From Candidatus Krumholzibacteriia bacterium (lineage in GTDB: Bacteria > Krumholzibacteriota > Krumholzibacteriia > JAJRXK01), in NCBI GenBank assembly GCA_041484665.1, contig JBGPIA010000005.1, positions 96,001 to 160,000 on the forward strand: DNA of 64,000 nt. Reading direction: 5' to 3'. Within the stretch, counting starts at the first letter, position 1; the number at the start of each line of letters is the position of its first letter. Of this stretch, positions 19,601-28,213 are shown in pieces. The translations under genes were made by a program, and so were the position numbers. Below the pieces are notes generated by a model that searched no databases, was not told the DNA's origin, and saw only the letters and a program-made list of their open reading frames with translations.

Positions 19601-20134
19601 ACGACCTCCTTCCTGGAGTACCGCCGCTACGTGCATGCCTGGTATCGCAACAGCTTCGCCTTCCGCCTGGTGGGGGCGACCAGCCGCGGCCCCGATCCGC
19701 GCCGCTTCACCGTCGGCGGGCCGTCCACGCTGCGCGGCTTCGACGTGTTCGACTTCGAGTCGACGGTGCCGGGCACCAAAACCCCGCGGTACGCCAACCT
19801 CCTCGGGCGCAACCTGATGCTGATGAACCTCGAGTACCGGTTCCCCCTGGTGGACTACCTGGTGTTCGGCTGGCCGGGGCGCTTCGGCTTCTCCGGGATC
19901 GGGGCCACGGTGTTCTTCGACAGCGGCAGCGCCTTCGACCAGGAGTTCAACCAGTTCCGGTTCTTCACCAGGGACGGCGGATCCACGCGGCTGGCCGACT
20001 TGAACGCCGACTTCGGCTTTGGTATAAGGGCCAACGTGGCGTGGATCCCCGTGCGGTTCGACTGGGGCTGGAAGACCGACTTCGCGTCGACCGGCAAGCC
20101 GCAATTCCACTTCTCGATCGGCCCCGAGTTCTAG
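16610..20134 (+). CDS. secreted zincin peptidase (MA-like) + PD40/WD40-like propeller + P/A/T-rich linker + Omp85 (BamA/TamA-type) beta-barrel fusion
   Basis: Signal peptide then QSFGRNKVQY; HELVH and WFAEGAAE; PD40 repeats (PCLSPDGRYVAF.SDRSG, SPAWSP, SPAWYPSGD); GGPSTLRGF; NLEYRFPL; C-terminal FSIGPEF; GGAGA RBS before ATG 16610. Confidence 0.85.
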   Translation: MTSPRSSPRWRFAALAVAAASLLVAASPRAPWAQSFGRNKVQYQNFDWRVLSTPHFEIFFYDEAVAAHAALIAEDAYVRLSKVFHHQLSSQIPFILYASPNDFQQTNISDELIGEATGGFSEPARNRMVLPYPGDNPTFLHVINHELVHVFMFDIAYHSTAKGAARRALFPIPLWFAEGAAEWFSSGWDKQADMWIRDATVYDWLAPLPYVGGGFQVYKEGQAAMRYLAKTYGDEKVVELFKNVGRTRDLGKALETTIGLDEQAYSERWVKAMKQEYWPLYANKQEPETVGRRLTDHEKERAYFNQHPCLSPDGRYVAFFSDRSGLVDLFLMNAADGTLVRKLITGYKSNRFLSLHSFESSIGFSGSGDRICFIAKSGPRETLYVVRVDNGKVVKSIPLGMDMARSPAWSPAADLVVLSGTRSGRTDLYLIDLHSGKIDRLTDDAADELSPAWYPSGDRVLYSAYPGATADVRFSRDEHGITRLEPVDFASDKNVERDGHSYDLWSIDLLARKPELVVASAGDDTDPVVVDDSTIVFVSDASGVSNLYFHDLKTRKTHRFSDVLGGLFHPTVSASADRLIFTAFNQGGFDLFLMENFRAYAQEHPFADPIDPKVLAIASAAAAPDSSDRVLALLTPRTSAQLPVTDEAGPAQAGPASGAGPGQTSGATIGAPTGSAAPTETGSAPTATTDTAPPAEAQTAPPAAAGVPAALPPGTPAASPTGGAAPAGTATPAQPATGAATTAKTAEPPGPSAGASPDAAGNGPASGTEVGVPGGPPELAPAGVLPPQEKSTPVRRPIGSVERYSPRFSLDPIGGGGFGGVYYSSSLGFAVANVISFSDLLGNHRMQFLVNFYGSFKDSDLAASYYYLKRRVNYGLGVFHYRNYINSNFTSLGEVFEGPRLFSERNYGIFGLASMPFTQFDRVDLEMQWYTSDRTFYAIDDAGFAISTGSSTAQLVQPSLSFVHDTAFYGPHGPVTGTRWLVSFSPALPISDSSVKRTTSFLEYRRYVHAWYRNSFAFRLVGATSRGPDPRRFTVGGPSTLRGFDVFDFESTVPGTKTPRYANLLGRNLMLMNLEYRFPLVDYLVFGWPGRFGFSGIGATVFFDSGSAFDQEFNQFRFFTRDGGSTRLADLNADFGFGIRANVAWIPVRFDWGWKTDFASTGKPQFHFSIGPEF

Positions 20135-20163
20135 ACCGCTCCCAAGGCCTCCGGCACCAGCGC

Positions 20164-22479
20164 ATGCTCGACCAGCTCAACCCGCAACAGCGGGAGGCCG
20201 TGCTCTGCACCGACGGCCCGCTGCTGCTCATCGCCGGAGCCGGGACCGGCAAGACGCGGGTGCTCACCACGCGCATCGCCTGGCTCGTGCTCGAGCAGGG
20301 CGTGCCGTCCCACCAGGTGCTGGCCTTCACCTTCACGAACAAGGCCGCGCGCGAGATGCGCGAGCGCGTGGCGCGATTCGTGCCCGAGGCCGCCTCCGCG
20401 GTCTGGCTCGGGACGTTCCATGCGACCGGCGCCCGTATCCTGCGCCAGCACGCCCCCGCCCTGGGCTATCCCCGCGGCTTCACCATCTACGACACCGATG
20501 ACACGCGGGCGCTGCTGCGGGAGATCCTCGAGGAAGTGAAAGCCGATCCGCGGACGCTCCCACCGCGCGCGGCGGCGGCCGCCATCAGTCGCCTGAAGAA
20601 CGGCACGATCTCGCCGGCGCAGGCGCAGGCGATGGCACTCACGCCCCCCGACCGCAAACTGGCCGATGTCTACGCCCTGTACGAGCGGCGGCTGCGCGCG
20701 TGCGCGGCCATGGACTTCGACGACCTGATCGGCAAGACGGTCGAGCTGCTGGAGACGCGCGCCGAGGTGCTGGCGACTTACGCCGGCCGATTCCGCTACG
20801 TGCTGGTGGACGAGTTCCAGGACACCAATCCACTGCAGCTGGTCCTGATCAAGGCCTTGAGCAGCGTCTACGGCAATCTGTTCGCCGTCGGCGACGACGA
20901 CCAGTCGATCTACTCGTGGCGCGGAGCCACCATCGACAACATGATGCGCTTCGAGGAGTACTTCCCCGGCGCGCGCGTGATGCGCCTCGAACGCAACTAC
21001 CGTTCGACAGCCGTGATTCTGCAGGCGGCCAACCATGTGATCGCCCACAACCGCCGCCGCCGTGGCAAGAACCTCTGGTGCGACGTGCCGGGAGGCGAGC
21101 TGCTCGAGCTGTGGCACGCCTCCGGCGACGAGGAGGAGGGACAGATCGTCCTGCGCCGGCTGGAGGAGCTGCTGGCCGCCGGCGAATGCGCCCGCAAGGA
21201 TGCGGTGGTTCTCTACCGCACCAACGCCCAGAGCCGCATTCTGGAGGACGCGCTGCGCCGCGCCAGCGTCCCGTACCAGATCGTGGGCGGCGTGCGCTTC
21301 TACGAGCGGCGCGAGGTGCGCGACGTGCTCGCGTACTGCAAGTTGATCGGCAACTCCGCCGACGCGGTAAGTTTCGCGCGCGTGGTCAACGTGCCCCGCC
21401 GCGGGATCGGTAAGACCACCGTCGACCGCCTGGAGGCGGCCGCCCGCGCGGCGGACGTCGGCCCGTTGGCGATGCTCGCCGACCCCGGCGCGGTGGCGCA
21501 GCTGTGCGGCCGCCGCGCCGCCGCTCGCCTGCTGGAGTTCGCGGCGCTGCTGGGGAGACTGCGGGCCTTGGCCGAGGAGGCGGACGCGGCGGCCGTGCTG
21601 GAGCAGCTGCTGGTGGAGACCGGCTATCGAAAGCACCTGACCGACGACGATCCGGCGACCGCGCCCGAGCGCCTGGAGAACGTCGACGAGCTGCTGAATG
21701 CCGCCCACGCCTTTGCCAGCGAGAGCGACGCAGGGCTGCTGGCCGATTTCCTCGAGCAGATCACGCTGCTCTCCGAGGTCGATCAGCTCGACGAGGCCGG
21801 CGATCAGGTCACGCTCATGACCATGCACAATGCCAAGGGGTTGGAGTTCCCCGTGGTATTCGTGGCGGGCTGCGAGGAGGAGCTGCTCCCACACGCCAGC
21901 AGCATGGGCGACGACGCGCGGCTGGAGGAGGAGCGCCGGCTGTTCTACGTGGCGCTGACGCGGGCGAAGCGCCGCATCGTGCTCACGGCCGCGCGCGTCC
22001 GGCGGCGGTTCGGGGTGGTGGAGGGGACCTTGCCCAGCCGTTTCCTGGCGGAGCTACCCGGCGAATGCGTGATCGAGCTGGGCGAGGTCGAGGCAGCGGC
22101 GCCGGGCACGCTTGCGGGCGCCTGCGGCTTCGAGCGCACCGCGTCTGCCGGGGCGGGGGCCGACCTGTTCAGCGTGGATACCTTTCGCCGCAGCCAGGCG
22201 CGCCTGCGCGGCGGACGGCCCGGTGGGCGGACCGGCAGACGTGCCGGGCTCGGGGACCGGACCGTCACGGGCCATGGATTTCACGACCACGAGCTGAGCC
22301 AGGAGGAAGTGCGCTTCGCGCCCGGCATGCGCGTGCGGCACGCGCTGCTGGGGGAGGGAACCGTGGAGCTGGTCGAGGGTTCCGGCGAGCTGACCAAGCT
22401 CACGATCTCCTTCGGCGAGGCGGGGCGCAAGAGGCTGCTGGCCGCCTACGCCAGCTTGTCGATCCTCGAGGCGCCCTGA
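20164..22479 (+). CDS. pcrA: ATP-dependent DNA helicase PcrA/UvrD
   Basis: LNPQQREAV, AGAGTGKT, TFTNKAAREM, DEFQDTN, VGDDDQSIY, LYRTNAQS, TMHNAKGLEF, EEERRLFYVALTRA, C-terminal Tudor-like VRH..GEG. Confidence 0.96.
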   Translation: MLDQLNPQQREAVLCTDGPLLLIAGAGTGKTRVLTTRIAWLVLEQGVPSHQVLAFTFTNKAAREMRERVARFVPEAASAVWLGTFHATGARILRQHAPALGYPRGFTIYDTDDTRALLREILEEVKADPRTLPPRAAAAAISRLKNGTISPAQAQAMALTPPDRKLADVYALYERRLRACAAMDFDDLIGKTVELLETRAEVLATYAGRFRYVLVDEFQDTNPLQLVLIKALSSVYGNLFAVGDDDQSIYSWRGATIDNMMRFEEYFPGARVMRLERNYRSTAVILQAANHVIAHNRRRRGKNLWCDVPGGELLELWHASGDEEEGQIVLRRLEELLAAGECARKDAVVLYRTNAQSRILEDALRRASVPYQIVGGVRFYERREVRDVLAYCKLIGNSADAVSFARVVNVPRRGIGKTTVDRLEAAARAADVGPLAMLADPGAVAQLCGRRAAARLLEFAALLGRLRALAEEADAAAVLEQLLVETGYRKHLTDDDPATAPERLENVDELLNAAHAFASESDAGLLADFLEQITLLSEVDQLDEAGDQVTLMTMHNAKGLEFPVVFVAGCEEELLPHASSMGDDARLEEERRLFYVALTRAKRRIVLTAARVRRRFGVVEGTLPSRFLAELPGECVIELGEVEAAAPGTLAGACGFERTASAGAGADLFSVDTFRRSQARLRGGRPGGRTGRRAGLGDRTVTGHGFHDHELSQEEVRFAPGMRVRHALLGEGTVELVEGSGELTKLTISFGEAGRKRLLAAYASLSILEAP

Positions 22480-22521
22480 TCCTCCCCGCTGCTGCCGAAG
22501 TCCCCCCGAGCGCCGCGCGGG

Positions 22522-24669
22522 TCAGCGCACCAGCGTCACCTGGATCGCCCGCGTGGCTCCCCCCGGGGCCACGATCCGTACGGAGTAGACCCCGCTGCCT
22601 GCGGGCCGGCCCTGCGCGTCGTTTCCATTCCATTGCACATTGGCGGTCGTGCGCGGCGCAACGAGCCTGTTGAAGAGCGTCACCACGCGGCGGCCGCGGA
22701 CGTCGTACACGGTCGCCGCGAGCGTACCGCCGTCGCGCACGAATACCGGGACCGTCACCTCGCCGTTGAACGGGTTGGGGAAGGCAGGCGAGACGCGCAC
22801 CACGGGCGGCGTGCTCTCGTGCGTGTCCAACAGCCATTCCTGGTTCGGGTCCACCGCGAGGGCCACGACCAGATCCGGGATCGCCACGCTGAGCTCGGTG
22901 CGCTCGCCGTCGACCCACTGCATGGTGTCCAGCGGCGCCGCCGAGGCGAAGCTCAATCGCAGCGGCAGCGGCAGGCGGTAGACGTTGCCGGCGGGCTGCA
23001 CGACGGTGAGGTGCATCAGACCGCGCTCCTGGGTCCACGCCACGTCCAGCCTCGGCCGCCCCTCCCGCGTGAGCCAGGGGGTGAAGAACCAGCCCAGATC
23101 GGCGCGGTAGACGGTCTCGCAGTGCGTCTGGAAGTCGGCGGAGGTGACCGCGTGGAACCGCAGCGCCGGATCGGTCACGTACTCGCTCATTGCCTGCAGC
23201 AGCCCAGCGCGCCCCATGACCCGGCGCAGCATGTTCATCACGAACGCGCCCTTGAAATAGACCGTCGTCCCGAACAGCTGGAGTGGGTCCAGCAGCGTCC
23301 CCGGATAGCTGTCGCGCCGCTTGTCCTCTAGGTGCGTGTGCGCGGCCTGCGCGCCGTGCTTCTCCTCGAGCCAGAGCACTTCGCAGTAGCTGGCGAAGGC
23401 CTCGTTGAGCCAGATCTCGCCCCAGCGTGAAAGGCGCACGCAATCGCCGAACCACTGGTGCGACAGCTCGTGGGCCACCGCCCACTCCCACAGCGTGCCG
23501 TCGGCGGCGACGGTGGAGGCACCCATACTCGACAAGGTCGGGTGCTCCATGCCGCCGGCAAAGGAGAACAGCGCCATCCCGTACTTGAGGTCGGCGAAGG
23601 GGTAGGGGCCGAACAGTCGCTCGAAGGTGTCGATCATCTCGACGGTGTTGGCCCAGGTCGCGCGCGACTCCTGCTCGAGGAAGGTGACCGTGTAGTACTG
23701 CACCGGCATGTCCACGGGCGCGAGCGTCGGCCACCGGTGCACGTGGGCCGTCTCGGTCCACTGCACGTACCCGGCCATGGCCACCGAAACCAGGTAGGCC
23801 GGGATGGCCACGGGCATCTGCCAGGTCTGCCGGCGCAGCCCGCCTGCGAGCAGCACGTCCTGCGTCTTGAGGCCGGCGGAGCCCAGGACCAGGGGGTCCG
23901 GTGCCGTCACGGAGAGCGTCACCGGGGCGGCGTCGTATGGGGTGTCGTGGCAAGGCCACCAACTGCGGGCGCCATCGGGCTCGCTGAGCGTCGCGATGAC
24001 CTTGGCCTGCGTGGTCCCGGTCAGGTCCGAGACGGCGCGGACGTCGTATCCAAACCCGATGGGGCCGCCCCGCACCGGTGTGCCCGAGTACTGCACGGTA
24101 ACCGTGATCGTGTCGCCGGGGGCGATGGGCGAGGCCAGGTCCACCGTGAGGGTGTCGGCCGCGTGCTGAAAGGGGCGATCCACGCCATCCACCGCCGTGC
24201 TTGCCACCGTCAGCCCCTGGCTGAACAGATCGAGCTGGACGCGGCCGATCGGTTGCAGCGGGGTCAGCGTCACGCCAACCGTGCCCCGGAGGAACTTGGT
24301 GGTGTCGCTCAGCTGCAGGTCGAGGTCGTAGTGCGTCACGTCGATGGGGCGGTCGGTGCGCTCGCGGGGCGTGTCCGCCGCCCGCACCGGCTGAGCCGGC
24401 TCCCACGCCGCCGCCTGGTCCTTGAGCAGCAGCTCGGCGCGGCGTTGCCCGGGGGTCAGCGGCGCCGCAACCGGGATCGTCGTCGGCCGGGGGCCGCCGG
24501 TGGGGGCGGACTGCTCGGAAGTCGCTCGGAGCCGGTCGGCAACAGCCGGGGCGCGCGCGGCGCCCAGCGCCAAAGCCGCCGCCACCCACGCGCAGGTTGC
24601 CGCGGCTCGCGCGCGGCGGCATATTCCCCCTGCGGAGTGCAACTTCTTGGCGCGCAGGATCGAATTCAC
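22522..24669 (-). CDS. secreted M1-family aminopeptidase with C-terminal FlgD-Ig / Por-tail-like domain
   Basis: DVTHYDLDL, ARSWWPCHD, GGMEH, HELSHQWFG...WLNEAFASY, VYFKGA; tail PNPFN...VYDVRGRRV...WNGND..G....SGVY. Start codon uncertain (GTG 24669 chosen). Confidence 0.88.
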   Translation of the reverse strand: MNSILRAKKLHSAGGICRRARAAATCAWVAAALALGAARAPAVADRLRATSEQSAPTGGPRPTTIPVAAPLTPGQRRAELLLKDQAAAWEPAQPVRAADTPRERTDRPIDVTHYDLDLQLSDTTKFLRGTVGVTLTPLQPIGRVQLDLFSQGLTVASTAVDGVDRPFQHAADTLTVDLASPIAPGDTITVTVQYSGTPVRGGPIGFGYDVRAVSDLTGTTQAKVIATLSEPDGARSWWPCHDTPYDAAPVTLSVTAPDPLVLGSAGLKTQDVLLAGGLRRQTWQMPVAIPAYLVSVAMAGYVQWTETAHVHRWPTLAPVDMPVQYYTVTFLEQESRATWANTVEMIDTFERLFGPYPFADLKYGMALFSFAGGMEHPTLSSMGASTVAADGTLWEWAVAHELSHQWFGDCVRLSRWGEIWLNEAFASYCEVLWLEEKHGAQAAHTHLEDKRRDSYPGTLLDPLQLFGTTVYFKGAFVMNMLRRVMGRAGLLQAMSEYVTDPALRFHAVTSADFQTHCETVYRADLGWFFTPWLTREGRPRLDVAWTQERGLMHLTVVQPAGNVYRLPLPLRLSFASAAPLDTMQWVDGERTELSVAIPDLVVALAVDPNQEWLLDTHESTPPVVRVSPAFPNPFNGEVTVPVFVRDGGTLAATVYDVRGRRVVTLFNRLVAPRTTANVQWNGNDAQGRPAGSGVYSVRIVAPGGATRAIQVTLVR

Positions 24670-24736
24670 AAGCCGGAGCTCTGGAGAGGGGGCGGTTGGT
24701 CGGAAGCTTCGCCCGCTTCCCCTCCGACGATACGAG

Positions 24737-26269
24737 ATGACCCGCTCACGCACAATCCTGCGCGCACGCTCCGCGCCGGCGCTGGCGGCCGCGCTGGCGC
24801 TGCTGGTGACGCCTGTCGCGCTCGCGGAGGTGACCGGCGAGCCGCCGCTGATGGCGACGGGGCGGTTCCTGGCCCCGGCCGACAGCCTGGGCTTCACCGA
24901 CTACCCAAAGCTGCCGCCGCAGGACCAGCTGGCGCGCCGCGAGCAGGCCAAGGAATGGGTGCACAAGGGGGAGAAGAAGGAGGCGGTCCTCGCCCAGCAC
25001 GACTTCGCCACCGCGGCCGGGCTGTGCCCTTACCTGGGGGAGGCGTGGCTCGCCTACGCGGAGAGCCAACAGCAGCTGGGCAATTACGAGGCTGCCAGCC
25101 GCTGCCTGAACTTCGCCGGCCAGACGCTGCACTACGAGCCCAACGAGAAACGACGCCAGGAGCAGCAGGCGCGTTACCAGCGGCTGTCCGCCATCACCGC
25201 GTACAACCTCGGCGACAGCGAGGGGAGCCTGGCGCACGCGCAGGAGGTGCTGCGCGACGCGCCTGGGGATGCCGAGATGCTCTTGCTGTCGGCCCGAGCG
25301 CTGGTCGCCCTGCGCCGCCACGACGAGGCGCGCGGGGCGCTCGCCCGGATCGACCCCAGCGGGATCTGGTACGCCCGTGCGCTCGCGGTACGCGGACTGC
25401 TCGAGATGAACGAGGGACGGCTGGCCCAGGCGGAGGAGACGTTCCGCAAGGCCGACGAGCATGGGATGCGCGGCCCGATCTTCGAGAACGACCGCGGTCG
25501 GCTCATGCTGGAGATGAAGCGGCCGCAGGAAGCGGCCGAGCGCTTCCGGGCAGCCGTGACGGAGCAGCCGACCTTCATGGAGGCGCGCAACAACCTGGCG
25601 GTCGCGCAGCGGCGCGCAGGCGACCTGGACGCGGCGCAGGCCACGCTGATGGAGGCGATGGAGCTCAATCCCGGCTACGGAGCGGCCCACTTCAACCTGG
25701 CCGAGCTCTGCCGCGAACGACTGCCGAACGCCGCCGCCGCCGATCGCGCCGCTCTGACGCAGCAGGCGCTCGCGCACTACCAGAAGGCACTCGATCTGGG
25801 CTACAAGGAGGACGTCGTGCTCGAGCGCGGCTCGAGCATGGCGCTGTTGTCCGGCGACCTCGCCACCGCGGAACGGATGCTGCTGAAGCGCACCGAGAAG
25901 CCCGACGCAACCGGGCAGGTGTACTACCTGCTGGGTCGCGTGAAGAAGCAGCAGGGGCAGCTGCAGATCGCCCAGCGCTTGTACCAGATGGCGCTGGACC
26001 GCGGCTATGGCGAAGCGGTCGTCCACAGCGACCTGGGCGAAGTCATGCTGCGCCAGAACGACCTCGCAGGCGCCCGCTTGGAGTTCGAGCGGGCGCTGGC
26101 CATCAATTCCAATCTGGTGGTCACCCGCGTCAATCTCTGCGTGGCGCTCCGCACTCTCGGAGAGCTGCAGCGCGCCGACGAGGTGCTGCGGCGCGCCGAG
26201 CAGCTCGCCCCCAACGACCACGATGTCCAGCAGCAACGCGCCGAACTGCGTAAGCAGGGAGTGCACTGA
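24737..26269 (+). CDS. secreted tetratricopeptide repeat protein
   Basis: Signal peptide (ALAAALALLVTPVALA); many TPR units (EARNNLAVA, AAHFNLAEL, VYYLLGRV, VHSDLGEV). Confidence 0.85.
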   Translation: MTRSRTILRARSAPALAAALALLVTPVALAEVTGEPPLMATGRFLAPADSLGFTDYPKLPPQDQLARREQAKEWVHKGEKKEAVLAQHDFATAAGLCPYLGEAWLAYAESQQQLGNYEAASRCLNFAGQTLHYEPNEKRRQEQQARYQRLSAITAYNLGDSEGSLAHAQEVLRDAPGDAEMLLLSARALVALRRHDEARGALARIDPSGIWYARALAVRGLLEMNEGRLAQAEETFRKADEHGMRGPIFENDRGRLMLEMKRPQEAAERFRAAVTEQPTFMEARNNLAVAQRRAGDLDAAQATLMEAMELNPGYGAAHFNLAELCRERLPNAAAADRAALTQQALAHYQKALDLGYKEDVVLERGSSMALLSGDLATAERMLLKRTEKPDATGQVYYLLGRVKKQQGQLQIAQRLYQMALDRGYGEAVVHSDLGEVMLRQNDLAGARLEFERALAINSNLVVTRVNLCVALRTLGELQRADEVLRRAEQLAPNDHDVQQQRAELRKQGVH

Positions 26270-26450
26270 GCGCGCAGCTGTGGCGGGACCGCGGCTGGCC
26301 GCGCAGCCGTCGCGGGACTGGTGGGGACCACGGGGCGGGGTTGCGCCTTGTGCCCGCGCGCCCCAGCGTCCTAAACTCACCTGTTATACGCGGACTCACG
26401 TTCTCCAAGTGGCTCATCTCGAATCCGATTTTCGCAAGAAGGAGGCCTAC

Positions 26451-26744
26451 GTGCCCATCGACGACCGCGTGATCGGCGACCTGCAGTCGCTCGGCGCCTT
26501 GCGCCTGGACCCCCAGGAGCGCCGCACGCTGATGGCCAATCTGGAGCGTGTGCTGGGCTACGTCGACCAACTCCGCGCAGTGGACACCGAGGGGGTGGAG
26601 CCCACCAGCAGCGTGATCGAGGTGGGCAACGTTCTGCGCGAAGACGAGCCCCATGCCTGCTTGCCCGTGGAACAGGCCCTCGCTCAGGCGCCCGCACGCC
26701 GTGGGGACCACTTCGAGGTCCCCGTCGTGCTCGGCGAGGAGTGA
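26451..26744 (+). CDS. gatC: Asp/Glu-tRNA amidotransferase subunit C
   Basis: GTG after AAGGAGG; L..VDTEGVEPT, NVLREDE, AP...HFEVP; immediately upstream of gatA. Confidence 0.92.
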   Translation: MPIDDRVIGDLQSLGALRLDPQERRTLMANLERVLGYVDQLRAVDTEGVEPTSSVIEVGNVLREDEPHACLPVEQALAQAPARRGDHFEVPVVLGEE

Positions 26745-28213
26745 GCACCACCATGGGTCTGCACCGTCTCAGCGTCGAAGAGCTGCAAGCAGCCCTGCGG
26801 TCCGGGGAGTGCACGCCAGCCGAGATCTACGCCAGCTGCCGCGCGGCCGCTGATTCCGCGCAGCCGCACATCCGGGCGTTCAACCGTTTCGAGGACGGGC
26901 CGCCGCCTCCGCGCGGCGACGCCGGTAGCGCGCCCCTGCATGGCATCCCGTACGCCAGCAAGGAGAACATCGCCGTCGCCGGGCGCCCGCTCACGTGCAA
27001 CAGCCGCATCCTGGCCAACTACCGCCCACCCTACGACGCCACCGTCACCGAGCGCCTGCGCGCCGCGGGGGCGATGCTGCTGGGCCAGACGAACATGGAC
27101 GAGTTCGCCATGGGCAGCAGCACGGAGAACTCGGCGACCGGGCCCACGCAGAATCCCTGGGATCTCGCGCGCACGCCCGGCGGGAGCTCGGGCGGCTCGG
27201 CGGCGGCGGTCGCCGCCGACGCGGTTCCCTTCGCGCTGGGCAGTGACACGGGCGGCTCGATCCGCCAGCCCGCGGGCTGCTGCGGTGTGGTGGGGCTCAA
27301 GCCGACCTACGGGCGCGTGTCCCGGTGGGGATTGGTGGCGTTCGCCAGCAGCCTCGACCAGATCGGGCCGATCACGCGCACCGTGCGCGACGCGGCGTTG
27401 GTCTACCGCGAGCTGGCCGGTCACGATCCCCGCGACTCGACCTGCCTGCCAGCCCCGGTGGAGGATCCCCTGGCCGGGATCGAGCAGGGGCCCCGCGGCC
27501 TGACGCTGGGCGTGCCGCGCGCACTGCTGAAGGAGGGCCTCGACCGGGAGGTCGCCGCAAATCTGGACGAGGTGCTCGCGCGCCTGGCGCGCGAAGGCGC
27601 GAGCTTGATCGAGGTCGATCTTCCCATGATGCGCTACGCCATCGCCACCTACTACATCCTCGCCACCGCCGAGGCGTCCAGCAACCTCGCGCGCTACGAC
27701 GGAGTGCGCTACGGCGTGCGCGCGCAGGCGTCCGACCTCGACGAGATGTACCGTGCCTCGCGCACGCGCGGCTTCGGCCGAGAGGTGACGCTGCGCATCC
27801 TGCTGGGCACCTACGTGCTGTCCGCGGGCTACTACGACGCCTACTACCGCAAGGCCAGTCAGGTGCGCACGCTCATGCGCCGCGAGGTCGTCGCTGCCCT
27901 GTCGCGTTGCGACGCCATCGTGCTGCCCACGTCGCCGACGCCCGCGTTCAAGCTGGGAGAGCGCGTGGACGATCCGCTGCAGATGTATCTCAGCGACGTC
28001 TTCACCGTATCGGCCAACCTGACCGGCATCCCCGCCATCGCCGTGCCCAGCGGCCTTACCCGCGCCGGGCTGCCGCTGTCGCTGCAACTCATGGGGCGCC
28101 CATTGCAGGAGTCGCTGCTGCTGCGCGCGGCCAGGGCACTGGAGCAGGTGTGCGGGTTCGCGGCGCTGCGCAAGGCTCGCCAGCCTCTGCCCGGCGAGGG
28201 GGTGCCGGCATGA
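26741..28213 (+). CDS. gatA: Asp/Glu-tRNA amidotransferase subunit A
   Basis: TNMDEFAMGSSTENS, PGGSSGGSAA, GSDTGGSIRQPA, EASSNLARYDG, GTYVLSAGYYDAYY. Confidence 0.97.
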   Translation: MSTTMGLHRLSVEELQAALRSGECTPAEIYASCRAAADSAQPHIRAFNRFEDGPPPPRGDAGSAPLHGIPYASKENIAVAGRPLTCNSRILANYRPPYDATVTERLRAAGAMLLGQTNMDEFAMGSSTENSATGPTQNPWDLARTPGGSSGGSAAAVAADAVPFALGSDTGGSIRQPAGCCGVVGLKPTYGRVSRWGLVAFASSLDQIGPITRTVRDAALVYRELAGHDPRDSTCLPAPVEDPLAGIEQGPRGLTLGVPRALLKEGLDREVAANLDEVLARLAREGASLIEVDLPMMRYAIATYYILATAEASSNLARYDGVRYGVRAQASDLDEMYRASRTRGFGREVTLRILLGTYVLSAGYYDAYYRKASQVRTLMRREVVAALSRCDAIVLPTSPTPAFKLGERVDDPLQMYLSDVFTVSANLTGIPAIAVPSGLTRAGLPLSLQLMGRPLQESLLLRAARALEQVCGFAALRKARQPLPGEGVPA

